Program-made: the position numbers and the translations under genes | Source: Syntrophorhabdaceae bacterium | Lineage (GTDB): Bacteria; Desulfobacterota; Syntrophorhabdia; Syntrophorhabdales; Syntrophorhabdaceae | Assembly: GCA_963665295.1 (NCBI GenBank) | Contig: OY762209.1 | Span: 3,264,001 to 3,328,000, forward strand | Direction: 5' to 3' | DNA length: 64,000 nt | Notes under the pieces: generated by a model | Seen by the model: the letters and a program-made list of their open reading frames with translations, nothing else | The model's database searches: none | What the model was told of the DNA's origin: nothing | Part shown: one piece after another, positions 57,385 through 64,000 of the stretch | Layout: each line of letters starts with the position of its first letter | How positions within the stretch are numbered: the first letter of the stretch is position 1

Positions 57385-57743
57385 ACCAACCGGCATTCCC
57401 TTCCTCGAAGGCGTCGTGCATAGTTCCCCCAACCCGCTACAAGGCCACCTCTCCGCGGCACGCCGGCGATCAGCTGCGCGGTGTGGTGGTCATTCTTTGT
57501 GAGCACGAAAGGGTCAGTTTTTGTGGGCGGCGAGGAAAGAATGCAGCGTTGTCGTCTCGATACCAGGCTCGTCACATCATCCCCCTTCATAAGGTGACGG
57601 AAAAGCATCTGTGCGTCTTGGTGGCGTTATATATTACTGACAATAACGGTAAGCCGATCAGCTTGCAAAGTCAAGAAAAAATTTGCATGTCTTTTAATGA
57701 TGTAATTCGATCATTGCATATCTCCTGCGTTTTCGAGAAGATA

Positions 57744-57947
57744 TCAGCGAGGGATTTTTTGAGGGATTGCAGACTCCACAGTTTTCATATCTTTGTCGAC
57801 CTTGAGGTGAGTCCGGGCCAGGAACCTGAAATACTCGCTGGCGGTCAAATCATGTTCCTTGCAATATTCCACGACCTTGCGTCTTTCTTGTACCGTCAGC
57901 CTTATCGTGCATGAGCATGTGTGTGGTGCAGTTTTTCTTATCCCCAC
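57744..57947 (-). CDS. Small RHH-like putative regulator upstream of the transfer operon
   Basis: TIRLT..E......C....LT.SEY.R; RBS AAGGAGG. Confidence 0.65.
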   Translation of the reverse strand: MGIRKTAPHTCSCTIRLTVQERRKVVEYCKEHDLTASEYFRFLARTHLKVDKDMKTVESAIPQKIPR

Positions 57948-58222
57948 CGCTGACCTCCTTTGCAGTCATACCCTGCTCATATCGCTAAGGTATAAATTTA
58001 TCATGAGTATGCAAAATTGGCTATTCTATTTTAGTCGGATGCCTTAAAAAATAATTAGGAGTCAAGCGACGGTACACCACACTCCCCAAATCCCTCCATA
58101 TCTCAGTTAGAAAACTTTTCGGCAACAGCGGTATCGTTTCAAATGTGCGTGTTCCATCGGTACCCCGACAACATCGGAAATGCTCGTCTTCGGCATACTT
58201 ATGGAGGCGGTATCGGCCCTTC

Positions 58223-58409
58223 CACTGAATCGCTCCATTAAGGTTTGCCTCAAGGCATCCGGCACGCCGTATCCGTCATGTCCGGGTGCATGGAGGCCCT
58301 ATTCAATTCCGGCCTTTCTTCTTCCTTTTTTCCCTCAGGCTTTGTGAAGGGAAAAAAAGTTTTTTTGAGGGGAAATACCCCTAAATTCCTGCCAAGGAGG
58401 GCCGGTATG
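58223..58409 (+). repeat. Conserved structured upstream element, copy B (in front of xis-int)
   Basis: Aligns with the reverse complement of 18289-18478. Confidence 0.9.
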
Positions 58410-58736
58410 AGCGATGAAGGTATCCGTGAATATCTCACAATCCAGCAGGTGGCTGATTACTTAAGCATTAAGCCAAGCAGCCTCTATTCGAAGATCGCCG
58501 AGATACCCCATTACAGGATCGGACGTTTGTTGAGATTCAGGAAGGGGGAGATTGATGCATGGATTGAAACGAAGAGAGAAGACATGCCCCAAATCAAAAG
58601 AACGAGGCCCAGCAAGAGGAATATTCCCGATGTCGATAAAATCGTGAGAAGGGCGATTGACGCCGCCAAGGGCACGGGATATAATTCTTCAGGGAAATCA
58701 GACCATAGTATCAAGGGCCTCGGAAAGGAGAGATGA
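58407..58736 (+). CDS. Excisionase-like HTH protein
   Basis: [18 protein letters not shown]...[12 protein letters not shown]...EIDAW. Confidence 0.9.
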   Translation: MSDEGIREYLTIQQVADYLSIKPSSLYSKIAEIPHYRIGRLLRFRKGEIDAWIETKREDMPQIKRTRPSKRNIPDVDKIVRRAIDAAKGTGYNSSGKSDHSIKGLGKER

Positions 58737-58737
58737 A

Positions 58738-59865
58738 ATGGGTTTGTATAAAAGAGGCCAGACATGGTGGATCAGTTTCAGTTATAAAGGCAGACAGGTA
58801 AGGCATTCCACGGAAACGGATGACAAGAAATTGGCGGAGAAGATTCATCACAAGGTGGTGATGGAAGTGATCGAGGGGAAGTATTTCTCCTCGCCGGTTG
58901 AAGACGGGACCTTTCAGGAATTGGCCGAGGATCTCTTAAGCGATTACAGGATCAATCTCAGGAAGTCGCTTTGGAGGGCACAGATAAGCATCAGGCACTT
59001 GAAGGAATCTTTCGAAGATGCGGCGGCGAAAGATATCACCTCGTCCTCCATAAAGGATTACATCGTGAAGAGACTGAAGGAGGGAGCCGGGAACGCCACG
59101 ATAAACAGGGAATTGTCCGCCCTCAAGAGGATGTTCACCATCGCAGCGGGTCAGACACCGCCGAAGGTCTCACAGGTGCCGAAGATACCGAAGCTCAAGG
59201 AGAATAACATAAGGACCGGCTATTTTGAGTATGACGAGTATATGAGACTGAAAAATGTCCTACCCGATTACCTGAAGCCAGTGTTCACCATGGGCTATTT
59301 CACCGGGATGAGAAAGGAAGAAATCCTTTCTCTCACCTGGAGGCAGGTGAACGTGTTCGACAAGAAGGTCACCCTTGACGCGGGCACCACGAAGAATGAC
59401 GAAGCGAGAATTATCTACCTTGCCGGGGAGCTCTATGAGACCATCCTGAGCCAAAAGAAGATAAGGGATATCCATTACCCTGAATGTCCTTATGTGTTCT
59501 TCAAGGATGGGGTCAGGATCGGGGAGTTTCGTAAGACTTGGAAGAACGCGTGCAAATCGGCAAAGATCGAGGTCAGGCTTTTCCACGATCTCCGAAGAAC
59601 AGCCGTAAGGAACATGGTGAAGGCCGGGATACCCGAGAAGGTGGCCATGAAGATCTCGGGACACAAAACGAGGTCCGTCTTCGACAGATACAACATAGTG
59701 AACGAGGACGATCTGAGGCACGCCTGCGAGAGCGTATCGAGACTCCATGAGGCCACGAGACGCGAAATGGGGCGGGTCCAAGAGGCCGGTTATCACAATT
59801 TTATCACAATACCGTTGGAGCAAAGGTCCAACGGTAGGGGTGTAGGCTCACAAGTGATTGATTAA
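58738..59865 (+). CDS. Tyrosine recombinase/integrase
   Basis: TGMRKEE, HDLRRT, GHKT, DRY catalytic residues; N-terminal arm-binding-like region. Confidence 0.96.
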   Translation: MGLYKRGQTWWISFSYKGRQVRHSTETDDKKLAEKIHHKVVMEVIEGKYFSSPVEDGTFQELAEDLLSDYRINLRKSLWRAQISIRHLKESFEDAAAKDITSSSIKDYIVKRLKEGAGNATINRELSALKRMFTIAAGQTPPKVSQVPKIPKLKENNIRTGYFEYDEYMRLKNVLPDYLKPVFTMGYFTGMRKEEILSLTWRQVNVFDKKVTLDAGTTKNDEARIIYLAGELYETILSQKKIRDIHYPECPYVFFKDGVRIGEFRKTWKNACKSAKIEVRLFHDLRRTAVRNMVKAGIPEKVAMKISGHKTRSVFDRYNIVNEDDLRHACESVSRLHEATRREMGRVQEAGYHNFITIPLEQRSNGRGVGSQVID

Positions 59866-59880
59866 ACAGATATTTTAGAG

Positions 59881-59954
59881 TGCGCCCAGCAGGAATCGAA
59901 CCTGCAACCTTTGGATTCGTAGTCCAACACTCTATCCAATTGAGCTATGGGCGC
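59881..59954 (-). tRNA. tRNA-Arg(ACG)
   Basis: GCGCCCA TAGCTCAATTGGATAGAG TG TTGGA CT-ACG-AA TCCAA AGGTT GCAGG TTCGATT CCTGC TGGGCGC A cloverleaf; no encoded CCA. Confidence 0.96.
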
Positions 59955-60165
59955 CTTTGCGGTTCAAATGATACCACATTTTGAAAGAAAATGCGTGACA
60001 TTTGTGCGGCCTTTGGGCTCTTTTTGAGGGGTCGAGCCCACACTCCAGTTGACTCACAATTAAATCTTACCCAAAGGCGGTTGCGGGAGGGCTGTCAAGG
60101 AGTTATTGCAAGAAGGCGCAAAGGGCGATATACTCTAACAAAGGCGTTCATCAAGGAGGGAAGGT

Positions 60166-60543
60166 ATGAAAAAACTTATTTTGGTTCTGGTGGTCCTGGC
60201 GTTCGGTTTTGCCGGGTATTCGTGTGAGTCGATCGGCGGCATGAGCGACACCACAAAAGGGGCAGCAGTGGGAGCCGGTCTCGGCGCCATAGCGGGACAG
60301 GTTATCGGCGGGAACACTGCGGGAACACTGATAGGCGTGGCGGGCGGCGCTCTTGCGGGCGCTCTTGTGGGCCACGAGATGGACTATCAGAAGCAAAAGG
60401 AAGCGGACGCGCAACGTCAGCAAGCGGCTGCGGCTGCCGCCTCCCAGGAAGCGCCTCCGGGACAGTGGGTGCAGGTGCCCGGACAGTGGGCAAATGGTAA
60501 GTGGGTGCCCGCTCACAGAGCGTGGGTGCCGGTAAATCCCTGA
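60166..60543 (+). CDS. Glycine-zipper lipoprotein
   Basis: Signal with Cys; GAAVGAGLGAIAG..IGG...G.LIG..GG.LAG.LVG; VPG.W/VP.H.W tail. Confidence 0.85.
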   Translation: MKKLILVLVVLAFGFAGYSCESIGGMSDTTKGAAVGAGLGAIAGQVIGGNTAGTLIGVAGGALAGALVGHEMDYQKQKEADAQRQQAAAAAASQEAPPGQWVQVPGQWANGKWVPAHRAWVPVNP

Positions 60544-60618
60544 TTGAAGAGGGGGAATAGCGGGCAGATAGAACGAAGCTGTAATAGGCGTCACAAAAGA
60601 ACAGGAGGGAGTGACGGG

Positions 60619-61185
60619 ATGAAAAAGATTCTCGGAGCAGTATTCTGTGTTGTTTTCATGCTGATTTTGACAACTACCACGAACGTGGCGGCTCAGGAAC
60701 AGGCAAAGGGGAGGTTAACCGGTACGTTCAGCGAAAAGAGTCTGGGTTATACCATCTCGTACCCCGGCGACTGGAAGTATGGGTTTCAGGCTCCCCACAT
60801 TGTCATTTTCAGCGCGAAGAAGGGCGCGGATGGTGGATCCGTCATCTCCATTCGTAATCTTAATTCCACAAAGGTACCGGGTGGCAAATACAGCAATGCG
60901 GATGCAATTATTGAGAACCTTATGAACCAGCTCCGGACTGCGAAGGAAGCGCTGGTTTACGATCCGGAACCGTTCGTGTACGGCAAGGGGCAAACAAAGT
61001 TGACGGGAAAGCGACTGACTGCCGAGTATACAATCAAAGGGACCAAATACAAACAATTGGTTGTGGTGTTGCCGCGGGCCACAGGAGAAGTGTTCTATGT
61101 GTGGTCTTTCGTTTCGCCTGCAAAATCGTATGATACTGATCTCGCCGTGGCACAGGCCATGTTGAACTCCTGGATGATCCAGTAA
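60619..61185 (+). CDS. Exported hypothetical protein (possibly PsbP-like fold)
   Basis: Signal peptide; GYTISYPGDW; ML.SW end. Confidence 0.65.
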   Translation: MKKILGAVFCVVFMLILTTTTNVAAQEQAKGRLTGTFSEKSLGYTISYPGDWKYGFQAPHIVIFSAKKGADGGSVISIRNLNSTKVPGGKYSNADAIIENLMNQLRTAKEALVYDPEPFVYGKGQTKLTGKRLTAEYTIKGTKYKQLVVVLPRATGEVFYVWSFVSPAKSYDTDLAVAQAMLNSWMIQ

Positions 61186-61192
61186 GAGAACC

Positions 61193-61260
61193 TGCCCGGC
61201 TGTTCGCGGTCACTCGAAAAGGCGGTGAGAGTCGCCCCGGTGACAACGAACAGCCGGGCA
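61193..61260. terminator. Long hairpin between convergent genes
   Basis: TGCCCGGCTGTTCG ... CGAACAGCCGGGCA. Confidence 0.55.
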
Positions 61261-61367
61261 TGACCCGATCTAAATCCCTTTACCCATCATATCTTCCGTA
61301 ATCACTCCTGAGAGCAGGCTGCGCGGGCTGTCCGCAACCTTTTCCGCCAAATGGGCAGGTTCACAGG

Positions 61368-62474
61368 TCAGAACATATACCGCCTCATGTTGATGTTCAG
61401 CAGGAGACCCACCGATGCGAGCACCGACAGCAGGGAGGAGCCTCCGTAGCTGATGAAGGGGAGCGGGATTCCTACGACAGGGGCAAGGTGTATGGCCATG
61501 AGAACATTGATGGTGAACTGTAGATATATGATGGTAGCTAGGCCGAAAGCAATAATCGATCCCAATTCATCGTGGGCGCTGAGCGATATCTTGAGGCACC
61601 GGTAGATGAAACTGATAAAGAGGAGAAAGAAGATGATCGAGCCGACAAAGCCCCATTCTTCTCCAAAAACCGTAAAGATGAAATCCGTATGGTGTTCCGG
61701 GATGAACTGGAGCTTGTGCTGGGTGCCGGCCATATAGCCCTTCCCGAGGAACTTTCCCGAACCGACGGCAATCATCGCTTGTTTCGCATGGTACCCGAAC
61801 CCGGATGGGTCGGCATCGATGTTTATGAAACTCAATATCCTCATCTTCTGGTAAGGTTTCAGCAAGTATTTCCACACTATGAAAGGGGTCACCGCCCCGA
61901 CGCACCCGAGAATCGCATAAGTCGATCTCTTGAGGCCCACAAACCAAAGCATGGCGAGACACGTAAGAAGGACTATAATGCCGGTTCCGAGGTCCGGTTG
62001 CTTGACTATGAGAAAAAACGGGATGAGGGTCCAGAGCATGGGGGCCGCGATATCCCTCAGACCGAGGGCGACATTCTCCCTTTTTTTCTGAAAGAGCATA
62101 TTGGCGAGGAAGACGACGAGCACGGGTTTCATGAATTCCGAAGGCTGGAGGCTTATGCCGAAGACGCTGATCCATCTTCGGGCACCTCCGGCGATCATGC
62201 CCACCACAAGGACGAGAACGATAAAGAAAAGCGCCGACCAATAGAGATACTTCGACTGGTAGGTAATGACGCGGTAGTCAAAATGAAGAATGACGAGGAT
62301 CAGAATCAGTCCGATCACGAATGCCGCAAGCTGCTTGATGATAAAATTGGTCGATCCGGCGTAAAAGGAGCTTGTGGCGCTCACAAGGTTAAGTATGCCT
62401 ATGCCGAACAGGACCAGCCCGTTACAGATGAGGAACCAGTCGAGGTGGTATAGTCTTCTCTTATCTATTCTCAT
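61368..62474 (-). CDS. rodA: Rod shape-determining protein RodA
   Basis: GARRWI; QPSEFMK; QPDLGT; PEHHTDFIF; PLPFISYGGSS. Confidence 0.96.
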   Translation of the reverse strand: MRIDKRRLYHLDWFLICNGLVLFGIGILNLVSATSSFYAGSTNFIIKQLAAFVIGLILILVILHFDYRVITYQSKYLYWSALFFIVLVLVVGMIAGGARRWISVFGISLQPSEFMKPVLVVFLANMLFQKKRENVALGLRDIAAPMLWTLIPFFLIVKQPDLGTGIIVLLTCLAMLWFVGLKRSTYAILGCVGAVTPFIVWKYLLKPYQKMRILSFINIDADPSGFGYHAKQAMIAVGSGKFLGKGYMAGTQHKLQFIPEHHTDFIFTVFGEEWGFVGSIIFFLLFISFIYRCLKISLSAHDELGSIIAFGLATIIYLQFTINVLMAIHLAPVVGIPLPFISYGGSSLLSVLASVGLLLNINMRRYMF

Positions 62475-64000
62475 AGAGTGTTGCCTCCCTTGTGCCCTTG
62501 TTCACTCCGAAAACGGTCTGTGTAATGGCCTTTGCGATAGGCGCGGACTCGCTTGCGCCATGCCCTCCCATTTCAACGAGGATCGACATGGCAAGGGTCG
62601 GATCTTCTGAAGGGGCATAGGCAATAAACCAGGCATGGTCGCCTTTTCCTGTCGAACTCGACTGTGCCGTGCCGGTTTTTCCGCTCATATTGATGTTCGG
62701 GACGCGGGACCCATACGCAGTGCCGCCCGGTTCATTGACAACCGCCGTCATAGCCTCTCTCACGAGATGAAACACTTCCTTCTTCAGCTTTACGTTCGCC
62801 TTCATTACCGGTTCGAAGACCTTTATGGTCTTTCCTTCGGGTGAAACGATCCGGTTCACTATCTGGGGTTTGAAGGTAACACCTTCATTCGCCACGAACG
62901 CGGAAAGCTGGGCAAGCTGGATGGGGGTGAGCCAGACAGCCCCCTGACCTATTGAGACGGACACTGTCTCGCCGTCATACCAGGGTTCTCCGAAGGTCTT
63001 TCGTTTCCATTCCGTGGACGGAACAACCCCGTGCTTTTCTCCGGGAAGGTCGATGCCCGTCGGTTTTCCGAGGCCTATGGCGTCCGCCATTTCGTGTATC
63101 CTGTCGACGCCAAGCTTCAATCCCACATTGTAGAAATAGACGTCGCACGATTCGGCTATACCCCGTCGCACGGCTACCGTCCCGTGGCCGCCTTTCTTCC
63201 AACACTTAAAGACCCTCTTGCCGAAGGCGAAACCGCCCCGGCACAAGAAACCTGTCTTATCGTTAACGGTCCCTATTTCCAACGCCTTCAGGGCGGATAC
63301 GATCTTGAATGTGGAACCGGGAGGATACCTTCCCTGGGTAGCCCTGTTCTGAAGGGGGTGCAGAGGATCGGTGGTGATCGCTTTCCAGTCCTCCTTGGTA
63401 ATGCCGGAGGAGAACTTGTTGGGGTCAAATGCGGGCCGGCTCACAAGGGCAATCACCGCGCCCGTTTTCGGGTTAAGGGCAATCGCGCCCCCTCTTCTGC
63501 CTTCATACGCCTTTTCCATGACCTGCTGCGTGTCGAGATCGACATTGAGGTACAAATTGTTGCCCGGCGTCGGCTCTATTACGTCGAGGGTTCTGACTTC
63601 CCGTCCCATGGCATCGACTTCGACCCTTTTTTCACCGTCAACCCCTCTCAGATATGTTTCGTACATCCGTTCCAGTCCGTATTTTCCGACATAGTCTCCG
63701 GGGGAGTAGTCCTTGTACTCCTTGGCTTTAAGCTCATCCCCGTTTATTTCGGATACATACCCCAGCATGTGGGCCATCATCTTGTTGTACGGGTAGTTTC
63801 TCTTCGGTTCTATCTGGATGTTCACTCCCGGGAGATAGACCCTGTGGGCTTCGACCTTGGCAAGTTCGTCTTTCGTCACATCCGGTTTGATCTTTACCGG
63901 GAAAGAAGGGGGAAATCCGCTCGCCATCTTGAGCTTATCGAGGATATCTTCTCTGTCGATATTGAGAAGCTTTGCGAGGCCGTCCACGGTCTGACTGAAA
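62461..64000 (-). CDS. mrdA: Penicillin-binding protein 2 (5' end outside window)
   Basis: PGSTFK, SCD, KTGTAQ; upstream of rodA. Confidence 0.95.
   Translation of the reverse strand, partial: FSQTVDGLAKLLNIDREDILDKLKMASGFPPSFPVKIKPDVTKDELAKVEAHRVYLPGVNIQIEPKRNYPYNKMMAHMLGYVSEINGDELKAKEYKDYSPGDYVGKYGLERMYETYLRGVDGEKRVEVDAMGREVRTLDVIEPTPGNNLYLNVDLDTQQVMEKAYEGRRGGAIALNPKTGAVIALVSRPAFDPNKFSSGITKEDWKAITTDPLHPLQNRATQGRYPPGSTFKIVSALKALEIGTVNDKTGFLCRGGFAFGKRVFKCWKKGGHGTVAVRRGIAESCDVYFYNVGLKLGVDRIHEMADAIGLGKPTGIDLPGEKHGVVPSTEWKRKTFGEPWYDGETVSVSIGQGAVWLTPIQLAQLSAFVANEGVTFKPQIVNRIVSPEGKTIKVFEPVMKANVKLKKEVFHLVREAMTAVVNEPGGTAYGSRVPNINMSGKTGTAQSSSTGKGDHAWFIAYAPSEDPTLAMSILVEMGGHGASESAPIAKAITQTVFGVNKGTREATLYENR

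Larger units (their letters stand above)
53857..57535 (+). mobile_element. IS21-family-like element (3679 bp) with two passenger ORFs, 6-bp target duplication AAAGAA
   Basis: Imperfect two-unit terminal IRs; AAAGAA at 53851-53856 and 57536-57541; removing the element restores traF in frame. Confidence 0.9.
38041..59880. mobile_element. Integrative conjugative element core (int-xis, Trb T4SS, MOBF relaxase, T4CP) next to tRNA-Arg; left boundary and cargo extent unresolved
   Basis: Complete conjugation module plus tyrosine integrase ending 15 bp from the tRNA 3' end. Confidence 0.88.

Noticed and set aside
53848..57545. Alternative canonical TG...CA ends for the IS21 element
   Set aside because: Those positions give no IR similarity, no target duplication and no matching offset; AAAGAA plus traF frame restoration fit 53857-57535.
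1..64000. CRISPR array, rRNA, retron/RT or defence systems
   Set aside because: No regularly spaced repeat-spacer array and no cas, reverse-transcriptase or nuclease motifs seen.

Overview
64-kb bacterial chromosomal window (moderately GC-rich, probably an anaerobic deltaproteobacterium/Desulfobacterota-type host; taxonomy is inference). Left (1-10 kb): end of a xanthine-dehydrogenase-family molybdoenzyme cluster, a sigma-54 activator, Moco genes (moaA, moaC, modA), redox genes and an orphan NHLP-type RiPP precursor. Middle (10-38 kb): a mosaic of metal-homeostasis modules with several broken genes. These include a ZnuA-like protein with two permeases, a CzcBAC-like efflux system opposite a Fur-family regulator, a split btuC/fecCD-type permease, and a tonB-TBDR-hmuTUV-like-cobN operon behind two cobalamin riboswitches. 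Both the ZnuA and Czc operons begin with CxxC...R(A/G)PP leader peptides. Right (38-60 kb): the core of an integrative conjugative element next to tRNA-Arg(ACG), with tyrosine integrase and excisionase, Trb-type T4SS, MOBF relaxase, TrwB-like coupling protein and a recognisable nic site. A 3679-bp IS21-like element with ParB-like and Zn-finger passenger genes and non-canonical termini interrupts traF. The window ends with core genes (rodA, mrdA). Top leads: the ParB-carrying IS21 with CT...GG ends; a structured ~190-bp element duplicated in front of xis-int and of two orphan genes 40 kb away; the two arrest-like leader peptides; the B12-controlled exported CobN system; and the NHLP precursor ending in CxxCH.
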